Assembly (NCBI GenBank): GCA_964591055.1
Contig: CAZPZJ010000008.1
Span: 1-36,966 of the forward strand
Origin: an uncultured Leptospiraceae bacterium
Lineage (GTDB): Bacteria; Spirochaetota; UBA4802; JAGODF01
Direction of reading: 5' to 3'
DNA: 36,966 nucleotides
Shown here piece after piece: positions 1-9,437 of the stretch (position 1 is the stretch's first letter; every line of letters begins with the position of its first letter). Under the pieces are notes generated by a model. It saw only the letters and a list, made by a program, of their open reading frames with translations. It had not been told where the DNA came from and searched no databases. Position numbers and translations under genes: made by a program.

Positions 1-2416
1 TCCTGGTGTCCTTCGCGGTGACGACGATCACCGGGATGTCGCGCCATTCGGGGCTTTCGCTGAGCTTTTCAAGGCAGACGAAGCCGTTTTCAAAGGGCAT
101 CATGAGGTCGAGCAGAATGAGGCGCGGCTTCATGCGCCGAAGCAGCTTCCACATGCCCTCAGCGCTGTTCACGCTCCGGACTCGATAGCGATCGGAGAGG
201 ATGGACTCAATCAGAAAGACATTGGCGCGCACATCGTCCACGATCAGTATGTCAGGAGGCCCGTCGTCGTCCTTAATCTTTGCTATAAGATCCTCGGCCG
301 CTTTCAGTATATCGTCCTTCCCGTCCGGCATGCCCATTGCCTCCGCGTAGTATTGGCCAAAAAGGGCTGTCCCCTTCCCGCGCGCTGAGAGCGCAGCTAC
401 GACCGCGTTCAACAGCAGCGCGTCATCGATCGGCTTGGCGATGTAGCCGTCAAAGCCCGATTCCAGGATGCGCTCACGTTCCCCCCGCATCGCGCGGGCG
501 GTCACGGCGATCACCGGGACGCTTTGCCCGCCGGGCGATTCACGGACAGCCCTGAGCGCCTGAAAGCCGTCGATGTCGGGCATCATGATGTCCATGAGCA
601 CGAGGTCGGGGCGCAGCGTGCTGAAGAGCTCAAACGCCTCCCGCCCGTCACGCGCGAAGGCGAGGCGGTAACGCTCGCCGAGGAGCAGCCGGAGTGTCTC
701 GCGCCCCACGTCCTCATCGTCCGCGACCAGGACAAGCGCCCGCCCGTCACTGCACTCCTGCGGCGACGACTGACGCTCCCTGGGCACGGGCACGTCCTCG
801 CACGAATCGCGGTAGGGTGCGGAAAAGCGCATGACCGTGCCCGCTCCCGGCGCGCTCTCCGCGGTGATCTCCCCGCCCAGAAGCTTCACAATATCCCGGC
901 TGAGCGCAAGTCCCAGGCCAGAGCCGGGAAAGCGCCGCGACATGGAGCCGTCGGCCTGACGGAAGCGCTCGAATATGAAGGGGAGGTCTTTCGCGTCGAT
1001 GCCGATGCCTGTGTCCGACACCGTGAAGAGCAGCAAGCCGCCGCGCGCGTCCACCTCCAGACCGATCGTGCCGCGCTCGGTGAACTTGAACGAGTTGCCC
1101 ACAAGGTTCACCAGCACCTGGTGTATCCTGTTCTCGTCGGTGATGACGACATCGGGAACTGCGGGACTGACGCGGATGCCAAAGACCACCTCGTCGGTCG
1201 TCGAGAGGCTTTCGGCCACGTCCCTGATCCTCCTGACCATGTCCGCGGTGCGGAACGGCCTGTGGCGCACCGACATCTTGCCCGCCTCGATTTTTGACAT
1301 ATCGAGGAGATCGTTGATGAGCCCCAGCAGCCTCTCGCCGCTTTCGTGGATCATCGAAAGCCCCTGCGACTGGCGCCCGGTCAGGTTTTCGGCGTTCCTG
1401 CCGGCGAGCATTTTCGATATGCCCAGAATGGCGTTCATGGGCGTTCGAAGCTCGTGCGAGAGGTTGGAGATGAACTCGTTCTTCATGCGGTCAAGCTCCT
1501 TCTCCCGCGTCACGTCGCGCAGAAGGAGGATGGTCCCCGACGGTCCCGCGATGAGCCCGGTAAGATTGGTCTTTCTGACCCTGATGACCCGCTCGCCGCG
1601 GTGCTGCCCGTTCACCGCGAGCTCCGCCTCGCTGTCGTCGGGCGCGGCGGGATCGAGCAGCGCGCGAACCGCCTCGCCTCCGCCGGCCGTGTTACGGAAG
1701 ATCGTGTCAACCGACAGGTCCTCCCCCTCGCCGGGCACGTGCTCGAGGTACTCGAACGCCCGCACGTTCATCAGGCTGGCGTTCATCCGGTCGTCGGTGA
1801 CAATCACCCCGTCTCCCAGGCTCTGAAGAATGAGCGCAAGGTAGTTTCTGCCCTCCCGCAGCGCCTCCTGCGCGCTCTTCATGTCCTCCACCATGGCGAG
1901 CAGCCGTCGCTCCGAGTCCGCAAGCCCGGCGTTGATGGACATTGTTGCGCGCGATACCATCTCGAGCTCGCTTGCCTGGAGGCACGCCGCGCATGCAACC
2001 GCAAGCCGCCGGGCCAGCGCCGGCAGCGCGTCGAGCAGCGGCTGCTCCAGAGGGATTTTCCTGAACAGCGCAAGCACCCCGATAAAGGGAAGGCTGTACG
2101 TGAAGTACAATAAATCCTGTCCGGCGCGCCCCGTGGCGGGCAACCCGGCCTGGAGCGCCTGAAGTCCGCCCGTCGCGAGCGATTCGACGGCTCGCACTGC
2201 TCCCGCCAGCTCGCCCGACCCGCGCAGCGCTTCCGGCGTCACCGCGACGGCGCTGAGAAGGTTTCCCGTACCCACATCGCCCCGGAAAAACAGCACCGCA
2301 CCTCCCTCGCACCCCATCGCATCGACAAACACGCCGAGTGCCTTCGCGAGCATTTCGTCAAGGTCGAGGCTTGTCCCCACCGCAAGCGACAGCTCAAAGA
2401 GCGTCCGATCGCCCAT
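1..2416 (-). CDS. hybrid sensor histidine kinase, GAF-like/PAS/HisKA/HATPase_c/REC/REC; C-terminus runs off the left window edge
   Basis: Absent from the ORF track because its stop lies outside the window. My minus-strand translation from the ATG at 2416-2414 stays open to position 2 (805 codons). H-box DRMKNEFISNLSHELRTP at about 1440-1495. ATPase boxes HQVLVNLVGNSFKFT, DTGIGI and GSGLGLALS. Two receiver domains follow (LVLMDIMMPDIDG and LILLDLMMPFENG); the second is truncated at ...IPVIVVTAKDTR. Confidence 0.85.
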   Translation of the reverse strand, partial: MGDRTLFELSLAVGTSLDLDEMLAKALGVFVDAMGCEGGAVLFFRGDVGTGNLLSAVAVTPEALRGSGELAGAVRAVESLATGGLQALQAGLPATGRAGQDLLYFTYSLPFIGVLALFRKIPLEQPLLDALPALARRLAVACAACLQASELEMVSRATMSINAGLADSERRLLAMVEDMKSAQEALREGRNYLALILQSLGDGVIVTDDRMNASLMNVRAFEYLEHVPGEGEDLSVDTIFRNTAGGGEAVRALLDPAAPDDSEAELAVNGQHRGERVIRVRKTNLTGLIAGPSGTILLLRDVTREKELDRMKNEFISNLSHELRTPMNAILGISKMLAGRNAENLTGRQSQGLSMIHESGERLLGLINDLLDMSKIEAGKMSVRHRPFRTADMVRRIRDVAESLSTTDEVVFGIRVSPAVPDVVITDENRIHQVLVNLVGNSFKFTERGTIGLEVDARGGLLLFTVSDTGIGIDAKDLPFIFERFRQADGSMSRRFPGSGLGLALSRDIVKLLGGEITAESAPGAGTVMRFSAPYRDSCEDVPVPRERQSSPQECSDGRALVLVADDEDVGRETLRLLLGERYRLAFARDGREAFELFSTLRPDLVLMDIMMPDIDGFQALRAVRESPGGQSVPVIAVTARAMRGERERILESGFDGYIAKPIDDALLLNAVVAALSARGKGTALFGQYYAEAMGMPDGKDDILKAAEDLIAKIKDDDGPPDILIVDDVRANVFLIESILSDRYRVRSVNSAEGMWKLLRRMKPRLILLDLMMPFENGFVCLEKLSESPEWRDIPVIVVTAKDTR

Positions 2417-2425
2417 CCCGCCGCC

Positions 2426-2935
2426 TCACGCCCCCAGTTTTCTTGCCGCGAGCAGCACGTCGTCATACTCGGGCTGACTGGAGATGTCCGGGACTATCTG
2501 CAGGTACGCGACAAGCCCATCGCGGTCAACGATGAGCACCGAGCGGGCGATGAGGCCGAGCTCCTTCAGGTAGAGCCCGTACTTCATGGCGAATTCCCTG
2601 TCGCGGAAATCGGACAGCGTCTGTGCGCCGCCTATCTTGTGCGAGTCGCAGAAGCGCGCCTGGGCGAAGGGGAGGTCCATGCTGACAGTGAGCAGCTTCG
2701 CGTCGAGACCGGCGGCTTCCTGGTTGAAGCGGATCGTCTGCAGCTCGCACACCGGCGTGTCAAGCGAAGGCACCGCGCTGATGATCACGATCCGCCCCCT
2801 GAAGTCGGACAGTTTTACGGGATTGAAGGCGTTGTCCAGCACCGTGAAATCGGGCGCCATCCGCCCCACCTCAACCGGATCCCCTGTGAGAGTGAGGGCG
2901 TTTCCCTGAAATGACACCATCCCCGTTCGCTCCAT
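2426..2935 (-). CDS. tpx: thiol peroxidase (atypical 2-Cys peroxiredoxin Tpx)
   Basis: 169-aa ORF with the Tpx-type signature SAVPSLDTPVCELQT and typical length. GGGAGG sits 6 nt upstream of the ATG at 2935. Confidence 0.9.
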   Translation of the reverse strand: MERTGMVSFQGNALTLTGDPVEVGRMAPDFTVLDNAFNPVKLSDFRGRIVIISAVPSLDTPVCELQTIRFNQEAAGLDAKLLTVSMDLPFAQARFCDSHKIGGAQTLSDFRDREFAMKYGLYLKELGLIARSVLIVDRDGLVAYLQIVPDISSQPEYDDVLLAARKLGA

Positions 2936-2973
2936 GTCAAACCTCCCGTATTTATCATCATTCCTGCGGATAT

Positions 2974-3002
2974 ATCATATAACATGCGACCTTTTTATTC
3001 AA
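2974..3002 (-). promoter_or_regulatory. candidate sigma70-type promoter for tpx
   Basis: On the minus strand: TTGAAT (3002-2997), a 17-nt spacer, then TATGAT (2979-2974), about 35 nt upstream of the tpx start. Sequence match only. Confidence 0.3.
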
Positions 3003-3030
3003 GTCAATAAGGGCGGGCAGGCCGGGTTTT

Positions 3031-3052
3031 TCAATAATTGTTGACACAACGA
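3031..3052. promoter_or_regulatory. two overlapping near-palindromes in the tpx/flavoprotein divergent intergenic region (possible operator)
   Basis: TCAATAATTGTTGA (3031-3044, 12 of 14 positions symmetric) overlaps TTGTTG-ACA-CAACGA (3038-3052, 5 of 6 arm matches). The second contains a TTGACA hexamer at 3041-3046. Confidence 0.3.
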
Positions 3053-3142
3053 TGCGAGAGGGCTCAGCTTGCACCATCTTCACCCGCGCGGCCGCGGCGT
3101 ATCCTTCCCGCCCCGCGCGATTCGACAGAGGGGAAAACGCCA

Positions 3143-3694
3143 ATGAACATCCTGATCCTCAACGGCAACCCGTCGCCGGCCGGCTCCGCGTTCGATCGCT
3201 ACCTGGACTCCCTGGGACAGGCCTTCGCCGGGCGAGGCCACGTCGTGAAGCGCATCGACCTGCGCGAGAAGAGCATCCGGCCCTGCAAGGGATGCTTCAA
3301 CTGCTGGGTGAAAACGCCGGGGCTGTGCGTGTTCCGCGACGACGCGGACGAGGTGGGCAGATCGTATGTCTCGTCGGATTTCGTGGTGTTCGCCTCGCCG
3401 CTCATCATGGGTTTCCCCAGCGCGCTTCTGAAAAACGCCATGGACCGCAACATCCCCGTCATCCACCCCTATCTCGAGGAGGTCGACGGCGAGGTGCACC
3501 ACATGAAGCGCTATGACCGTTATCCCGGCATCGCCTACCTCCTGGCCAGGGAACCGGACACCGACGATGAGGACATCGCCATCGTGAGCGACATCTTCCG
3601 CCGCGAGGCGATCAACCTGCGCTCTTCGATCGCCTTTATAGCATTCACCGATACAGCCCCCGAGGAGGTTGCCGATGCAGCTCACATTCATTAA
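3143..3694 (+). CDS. iron-sulfur flavoprotein (Isf)-like NAD(P)H-dependent FMN reductase family protein
   Basis: The track ORF 3038-3694 is trimmed to the ATG at 3143 (MNILILNGNPSP), which has AGAGGGGA upstream. Flavodoxin-like fold start, plus a compact Cys motif CKGCFNCWVKTPGLC (CX2CX2CX7C) typical of the Isf 4Fe-4S site. Confidence 0.8.
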   Translation: MNILILNGNPSPAGSAFDRYLDSLGQAFAGRGHVVKRIDLREKSIRPCKGCFNCWVKTPGLCVFRDDADEVGRSYVSSDFVVFASPLIMGFPSALLKNAMDRNIPVIHPYLEEVDGEVHHMKRYDRYPGIAYLLAREPDTDDEDIAIVSDIFRREAINLRSSIAFIAFTDTAPEEVADAAHIH

Positions 3695-4331
3695 TGGATC
3701 GCCCAGGGGGAAAGGAAGCAACACCGAACGGCTGATGGAGCACTTCATCAGGGGATTTCTTGAGACGGAAGGCAACACCGTGCGCACCGAGCACCTGGCG
3801 CGGCACAGGAAGGACCCCGGCGCGCTCGTCGGCGTGATCGCTGCGTCGGAATACGTGATCCTGGGATTTCCCCTGTACGTGGACGCCATGCCCGGCCTGG
3901 TCAAGGAGCTCTTCGAGGCGATGGCCCCCCCGGCGCTGACAGGTGCGCACCCGGCGTTGGGCGTGGTCATCCAGTGCGGCTTCCCCGAGACCATCCACAA
4001 CCGCTACATCGAGCGCTACTGCGAAAAGCTCGCTCGTCGGCTGAGGCTGCGCTACCTGGGCGGCATACTCAAGGGCGGCTGCGAGGGGCTTGACATCCAG
4101 CCCGCCTTCCTGACTGACGTGTACTTCAGGGCCTTTTATGCGATCGGGTTTGAATTCGGCAGGACCGGCGCCTTTGACGCAAAGCTCCTTGAAAAGCTCG
4201 CGCGGCCGGAGCGCCTCACCGGCGAGCAGATGCAACAGTTAATACCGTTTGTCAACAAAGCGCTGTGGGAAAGCCAGATGGAGGCCAACGGCGTGCTCGA
4301 TAAAAGCTTCGACAGGCCCTTCCAGCCGTAG
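3675..4331 (+). CDS. flavodoxin-like / NAD(P)H-dependent oxidoreductase family protein (no Cys cluster)
   Basis: ATG at 3675 with GAGGAGG 6 nt upstream; it overlaps the previous gene by 20 nt. N-terminus MQLTFINGSPRGKGSNT and the FPLYVDAMPG motif resemble the flavodoxin-like FMN reductase fold. Confidence 0.7.
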   Translation: MQLTFINGSPRGKGSNTERLMEHFIRGFLETEGNTVRTEHLARHRKDPGALVGVIAASEYVILGFPLYVDAMPGLVKELFEAMAPPALTGAHPALGVVIQCGFPETIHNRYIERYCEKLARRLRLRYLGGILKGGCEGLDIQPAFLTDVYFRAFYAIGFEFGRTGAFDAKLLEKLARPERLTGEQMQQLIPFVNKALWESQMEANGVLDKSFDRPFQP

Positions 4332-4347
4332 AACACGCGCCGGTGCC

Positions 4348-5187
4348 CTACTCCCTCCGCGCGACCACCGCCGTTTCGTGCGCCCGGGGATCGTACGCGT
4401 CACCCGCTACGCTGGAATAGAGCTCTCCTACAGGCAGCCCGTGCCTTGCAAATTCGTCTTTGATCGACTGCTCGCTGAAGCACTGGAGCCAGTTAAACAC
4501 CTGGCGCGTCCATGTCCTTCCGTAAATCGTGTACTTGTCGAGCAGGAGCTTTTCCGCCTCGTACTTGAATCTGTTGACGAAGCAGTAGTAATCCTCGCCC
4601 GACCAGAAGCCGTCAAGCTGGTTGAACTCATAGATCGCCTCCTCGCGCCGCGAATTGAAGTAACCCAGCGTATACACGTCGAGCAGCACCGAGCCGCCCT
4701 GTTTCAGCAACTTTCGGAATTTTCCGAGAAGGCGTGAGCGCTGCACAGGGCTGAGCGCAGCGAAGTCGCACATGATCATGGTGACAAGATCAAATCTTTC
4801 ATCGGTGTCGTATTCAAGGTAGTCGGAGTGGATGTAGCGGATATCCAGGCCGTTCCTTTTCGCTTCACCGGAGGCGTAGTCAAGCGACCTGCGGGAAAAA
4901 TCGATGCCGGTCACTTTCGCCCCGTTCGCCGCAAAACGCGAAGTGTACAGACCCGGCCCGCAGCCGAAATCGATGACGTCGGAATTTCCGTCAAGGCCGA
5001 AGTTACGGGCAATCCAGCCGGCCGACCTGTCGATAAAATCGATGTTCCGCGACGCCGCGTCCACGGTCCCGTCGAGATGATACTCGAGCATCCTGCGCGA
5101 GGTGTGCTCGCCGGTCCACAGGTCCCGGGCGGTGTAGACCTCGAACGGTTTTGGCCTTTCATTGATTTTTTCAAGTTCATGAAACAT
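4348..5187 (-). CDS. class I SAM-dependent methyltransferase
   Basis: The track ORF 4348-5541 is trimmed to the internal ATG at 5187 (MFHELEKINE), which has GGGGAGAG upstream. SAM-binding motif I VIDFGCGPGLYT. The discarded 118-aa N-terminal extension is Arg/Gly-rich and overlaps the divergent promoter region. Confidence 0.85.
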   Translation of the reverse strand: MFHELEKINERPKPFEVYTARDLWTGEHTSRRMLEYHLDGTVDAASRNIDFIDRSAGWIARNFGLDGNSDVIDFGCGPGLYTSRFAANGAKVTGIDFSRRSLDYASGEAKRNGLDIRYIHSDYLEYDTDERFDLVTMIMCDFAALSPVQRSRLLGKFRKLLKQGGSVLLDVYTLGYFNSRREEAIYEFNQLDGFWSGEDYYCFVNRFKYEAEKLLLDKYTIYGRTWTRQVFNWLQCFSEQSIKDEFARHGLPVGELYSSVAGDAYDPRAHETAVVARRE

Positions 5188-5391
5188 TGTGACTCTCCCC
5201 GTCCGCGGCGGCACGAGCGCGCCCGCCTGTTGTTTCCCGCCCGCAATATCGCACGATACACGCAATTTTTCCCGCCATGCATTATTCCGCAACCCTGAAA
5301 TCGCCTTTACAAAAATTTTGTCTTCTGTACGATGTTGCACTGGGCGTTTAGGCGACGCCCGTGACCACACGCCCGGGGGGTACGGCACGAT

Positions 5392-6105
5392 ATGAAAATG
5401 ACGGCATACGCAACTCTCTGTATCATGGCGGTCTCCATCGCCGCACACGGACAGCCGTTCCGCCCGAAGGCCGACGCACTCAAGGCCCCCTCGACCGTCG
5501 TGGACTATTTTCTGATCGCCCCGCTGAACACCTACCTGCACCCCCGATACGTCGCCGGCAGCGAGTACGATACCCGCGTAAAGCTGCTGACCGACTGCAT
5601 CAGGAAAGGGACCGCGACAATCGACGGAAAAAACGCCTACCTCAACGTGCGTTACAGGGAAGATGACGGGATCGAGAGCGACATCACCATGGCCTGCTTC
5701 ACCTGCGGCGATTCAACGAAACTCATCGGCGTTTCATCCGTGTACATTTTCAACGGCGATCCGGCCTGCAGGCACTGCTTTCTGCGCTACCGGGGCGGGA
5801 AGTTCATCGATGTGACCGGCCAGGTGCTCCCCGGTCTTTCATTCAAGAGCTTCATGAAACAGGGTGCTGTCATTTCGGCAAGGATGGACGAGTACCTCAT
5901 GTCAACGACGGCCCGTTTCATCCTGCCGCGGCGCGGAACCACGCTCGTCGTCGAGATGAAACAGGAAACCCCCTACCTCCCCGACTGCGACCTGGAATTC
6001 CCGGAAGAGCTCTACCTCAACACCTACAAGTCCAGAATTCTCAAATCGATCGAGATGCCATTCAATGCCGCAAAGGGAGTGTTCAGTATTCATCCTCGCC
6101 GATGA
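5392..6105 (+). CDS. hypothetical exported protein
   Basis: 237-aa ORF with a signal-peptide-like N-terminus MKMTAYATLCIMAVSIAAHG/QP. I recognise no family. Its 3' end overlaps the convergent kdpE by 23 nt. Confidence 0.55.
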   Translation: MKMTAYATLCIMAVSIAAHGQPFRPKADALKAPSTVVDYFLIAPLNTYLHPRYVAGSEYDTRVKLLTDCIRKGTATIDGKNAYLNVRYREDDGIESDITMACFTCGDSTKLIGVSSVYIFNGDPACRHCFLRYRGGKFIDVTGQVLPGLSFKSFMKQGAVISARMDEYLMSTTARFILPRRGTTLVVEMKQETPYLPDCDLEFPEELYLNTYKSRILKSIEMPFNAAKGVFSIHPRR

Positions 6106-6778
6106 AGCGGTATCCGACCCCCGGCTCCGTGATGATGTATCGCGGATTGCCGGGGTCGTCTTCAATTTTTCTTCGTATCTGCATGACGTAGATTCTCAGA
6201 TACTGGGACTCCTCCTGGTAATGAGGTCCCCACAATTCCTTTAAAATGTAGTTCTGTGTCAGCACTTTACCCGCGTTTCGCGCGAGCAGCGTAAGAACCG
6301 CGTATTCCTTCGGCGTGAATTTAACTTTTTCGCCGTTGACCTTCACCGTGCGCCTGTCGTAATCGATCGCTATGTTCCCCGACCTGAACAGCGTCAAACC
6401 CGCATCCCTGTTCTTATGCCTGAAAACGACCCGAACTCTCGCTTTCAACTCATTCATGCTGAAGGGCTTGGTAAGGTAATCATCGGCGCCGTTATCGAGA
6501 AGAACGACTTTGTCCCTTTCCGAGTCCCTGACCGTGAGGACTATTATCGGGATATGGCTCCATTCCCTGATTTTCCTTACGAATTCAAGACCGTCCATGT
6601 CCGGCAGTCCAAGATCAAGAATAATGACGTCGGGATTGTGCGTGACTACAAGGTTGATTCCCTCCTCTCCCGTGCGCGCCTCGACCACGCGGTAGCCTCC
6701 TGATTCCAGGCCTATCTTCAGGAATCGGAGAATCCGGACCTCATCGTCAACGACAAGAATGACTCCCCCTTCATTCAT
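6083..6778 (-). CDS. kdpE: OmpR-family response regulator, KdpE-like
   Basis: REC domain (ILVVDDE, IILDLGLPDMDG, TKPF) plus a winged-helix output (LTPKEYAVLTLL..., GVGYRF). The likely start at 6778 forms ATGAATGA with the kdpD stop; the track start is 6790. Confidence 0.85.
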   Translation of the reverse strand: MNEGGVILVVDDEVRILRFLKIGLESGGYRVVEARTGEEGINLVVTHNPDVIILDLGLPDMDGLEFVRKIREWSHIPIIVLTVRDSERDKVVLLDNGADDYLTKPFSMNELKARVRVVFRHKNRDAGLTLFRSGNIAIDYDRRTVKVNGEKVKFTPKEYAVLTLLARNAGKVLTQNYILKELWGPHYQEESQYLRIYVMQIRRKIEDDPGNPRYIITEPGVGYRFIGEDEY

Positions 6779-8732
6779 CCAGCTCACCACTGATCTCGCT
6801 CTGCTGAAGCGGCATTATTACGACAAAGCTCGCGCCGTTGTGTTCATTCGTTTCCAGCGCTATGGTCCCGCCATGAAGCTCGGCAATCTCTTTACAGATG
6901 GAAAGCCCCAGGCCGAGCCCGCCCGTTTTCACGTCTTTTCCCCTGTAAAACCTGTTGAATATATCAGCCCGGTCCGCGAAGGGAATGCCGGGGCCGTTGT
7001 CTTTCACACGCATTACGGTAATTCCGTTATCCGCGCTCACGTCCAGTTCTATCACGCTTCCTGCCGGAGTATAAAGGACTGCGTTATAAATCAGGTTCGA
7101 TAAAAGCTGGTCCATCAACATGAAATCAAATTTCAACATGGGAATATCCTCACCGATGTTCACGATAAAAGAATGATCTCCCATGAGTTTTTTGAGCTTT
7201 TTATGAACATAGCTCACCAGCTCGGAAACATCATACCATTCCAGGTTGAGCGTGAGATACCCGCTTTCAATGCGAAGCGAGCCCAGCAGGTTATCAACGA
7301 TCCTGTTCAGCCGCTCCGAGGACTCGATGATATCGTTCGCCAGTATCTCCCGCACGTCTCCGTTTCCACCCAGGGTTTCGTCAATCAGGCCGCTGGCCGA
7401 TGTCGAAATCGTGGTAATCGGCGTCCGCAGTTCGTGCGAGACCGAATTCAGCAATAACTGATAAATCCTCTCCGATTCCTCCGCCAGTTTTATTTTCTGC
7501 TGCGTTTTGCTGTATTCTATCCGCTCAAGAGCCGACGTCATCTGCGAAACCATGGCGTACAGCAGTGTTTCCTGGTCCGCGGTTAAACTGTTTTTCCCTT
7601 CATCATCCACAGCAAGCACCCCCGGAGAAATGGCGCTGCCGCTCAGCGGGATAAATGAATATCTTGAGCCGTTCAGCATGTCAGTGTTTTTACCGGACGG
7701 CCTGCCGTTATCCAGGCTCCATTGTAACGCCTCACGCTCCACATCTGAGAATGTGAAATCATGACCGACCCTCGGAACGGCGCCCGCCACATCGCTTTCC
7801 TCCTTCAGGAACACAGCCGTTTGAACAGAAAAAATCACATGGAGGAGCCTGACTGATTTTTCAATGATCTCTTCCCTGCTGTTCGACTCATTCACCACTT
7901 TTCCCATCAGGTACAGCGCTTCAAGGTTCTTCTCCCTTTTTCTTAAAAAAACCTCTTTCAGCCTCAGCCTGGTCGCGAGGTTGCCGACTATCAGCGCTGT
8001 AATGAAGTACATCAGGAACATCAGAAGATCTTCCAGCCGGGCTATGTAAAGAGTGAAGCGGGGTTCAATAAACAGGAAATTCCATATAACGGCGCTCAGG
8101 CTCGCGAAGTACAGCACTGGCATTCTTCTGTAAAACATTGAAACAACCGAGACTGCCGCCAGGAAGATAAAACCAACTGAAAGATAGTTTATGAAAAGAC
8201 TCAGGAGGAAATTGACTCCCACCAGCACGAACAGCCAGAACGTCATATGAAGGAACTCACCCCTGTCGATTTCGCGCACCCGCTCTACGGGTTTTCTCCC
8301 CCTCCCGGCGGCTGCGATATCCCGCTCAGAGACGATAAAGATGTCGATCTCCCCGCTTTCCCGTATCAGCGATTTAATGATATCAGTTCTTTTTAAAACA
8401 CCCACCGGCTTATAGCCAAGGGGTTTGCCGACGACCACATGTGAAACATCGTGCTCCCGGGCGACCCGCATGATCCCCCGCGAGACATCCTCATCCATCG
8501 AAATGATCAACTCCGTCCCCAGATCGCCGACCAGCTTCATGTTTGTCCTGAGAAGATCATTCTCCTCCCGCGAAAGGTCTCTCCCGGTCTGAATATACAC
8601 CGCCAGCCAGGGCGCTCCCTGCTCGGCGGCGACCCTGTGTGTCCATTCTATGAGGTACGGGGAGTACGGGCTGGAGCTTATTGCGACCAGAAAGCCCTTC
8701 CCTTTTTTTTGGCCTTTTTCTGATTGATTCAT
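6771..8732 (-). CDS. kdpD: KdpD-like sensor histidine kinase lacking the N-terminal KdpD (P-loop) domain: Usp / 4-TM / GAF / HisKA / HATPase_c
   Basis: 653 aa. It starts directly with a Usp-like segment (FLVAISSSPYSPYLIEW...HVVVGKP). Hydrophobic membrane block at about aa 165-250. H-box LLNSVSHELRTPITTI. G-boxes DNGPGIP and GGLGLGLSICK. Confidence 0.85.
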   Translation of the reverse strand: MNQSEKGQKKGKGFLVAISSSPYSPYLIEWTHRVAAEQGAPWLAVYIQTGRDLSREENDLLRTNMKLVGDLGTELIISMDEDVSRGIMRVAREHDVSHVVVGKPLGYKPVGVLKRTDIIKSLIRESGEIDIFIVSERDIAAAGRGRKPVERVREIDRGEFLHMTFWLFVLVGVNFLLSLFINYLSVGFIFLAAVSVVSMFYRRMPVLYFASLSAVIWNFLFIEPRFTLYIARLEDLLMFLMYFITALIVGNLATRLRLKEVFLRKREKNLEALYLMGKVVNESNSREEIIEKSVRLLHVIFSVQTAVFLKEESDVAGAVPRVGHDFTFSDVEREALQWSLDNGRPSGKNTDMLNGSRYSFIPLSGSAISPGVLAVDDEGKNSLTADQETLLYAMVSQMTSALERIEYSKTQQKIKLAEESERIYQLLLNSVSHELRTPITTISTSASGLIDETLGGNGDVREILANDIIESSERLNRIVDNLLGSLRIESGYLTLNLEWYDVSELVSYVHKKLKKLMGDHSFIVNIGEDIPMLKFDFMLMDQLLSNLIYNAVLYTPAGSVIELDVSADNGITVMRVKDNGPGIPFADRADIFNRFYRGKDVKTGGLGLGLSICKEIAELHGGTIALETNEHNGASFVVIMPLQQSEISGELDE

Positions 8733-8777
8733 TTTCCTGCAACCATCAAACCGCCTTCGGGGCGCAGTCGAAGCGTG

Positions 8778-9428
8778 TTACGCTTTCAGGCTCATAACAT
8801 CATCGCTCTTCCCCAGCAGGTACAATACCATATCGGGAAGAAATCTGAAATCGGGCGCCGGATTGATGACCGTTGAATTTTTCAATATATCCCTGATAGC
8901 GATGACGCTCACGTTATACTTCTTGCGTATGTTCAACTCGTTCATACGCTTTCCGGCGAATGTGTCAGGAAGCGCCATCTCGTAGATGCCGTAATCCGGG
9001 GACATTGGAAGATAATCCAGCAGGTTTTCATTCGTGAGCTTTTTGGACATCTGCTTCGCGTAGTCCCGCTCGGGAACGATTATTTCGGTCGCGCCGAGCT
9101 TCTGTAAAATCATTCCATGCTCCTCGCTCGCCACTTTCACGATGATGCGCCGGACCCCGAGGTTTTTTACCGCAAGCATGGTCAGCACCGTTTGCTCAAG
9201 CGATTCACCGAGATTGAGAATAACCGCGTCCGTTTTATCGCTGATAAAATCCCTGATGTTTTCAATCCGTTTCGCGTCCGTGATGATGGCGTGTGACACG
9301 CTGTCTTTTATTTTATCTATCAGATTTTCATTGTTGTCAACCGCAATAACCTCATGCCCCGCCCTGTACAGCTCGCAGGCAAGATTATACCCGAAATTCC
9401 CGAGCCCTATGACCAGAAACTTTTTCAT
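8778..9428 (-). CDS. ktrA: K+ uptake system peripheral NAD-binding subunit (KtrA/TrkA family, RCK N+C domains)
   Basis: 216 aa with the Rossmann motif VIGLGNFG and KtrA-typical length. TAA stop at 8778-8780. Confidence 0.85.
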   Translation of the reverse strand: MKKFLVIGLGNFGYNLACELYRAGHEVIAVDNNENLIDKIKDSVSHAIITDAKRIENIRDFISDKTDAVILNLGESLEQTVLTMLAVKNLGVRRIIVKVASEEHGMILQKLGATEIIVPERDYAKQMSKKLTNENLLDYLPMSPDYGIYEMALPDTFAGKRMNELNIRKKYNVSVIAIRDILKNSTVINPAPDFRFLPDMVLYLLGKSDDVMSLKA

Positions 9429-9437
9429 ATCACATCC

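Noticed and set aside
524-2113. Plus-strand track ORFs 524-1297, 975-1826 and 1346-2113 (255-283 aa)
   Set aside because: They are antisense to a minus-strand frame carrying unmistakable histidine-kinase and receiver motifs. Their products are Arg/Ala/Ser/Pro-rich low-complexity sequence, as expected from open antisense frames in GC-rich DNA.
2414-2428. Tpx-kinase fusion by TGA readthrough or selenocysteine, since the tpx stop and the kinase ATG are in the same frame 9 nt apart
   Set aside because: Sharing a frame has a one-in-three chance expectation. I see no SECIS-like hairpin immediately downstream. The kinase has its own ATG with a GAGG-containing upstream sequence.
5188-5541. 118-codon N-terminal extension of the methyltransferase ORF (track start 5541)
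   Set aside because: The extension is low-complexity, would overlap the divergent gene at 5392 and has no RBS. The internal ATG at 5187 has GGGGAGAG upstream and begins the conserved methyltransferase sequence.
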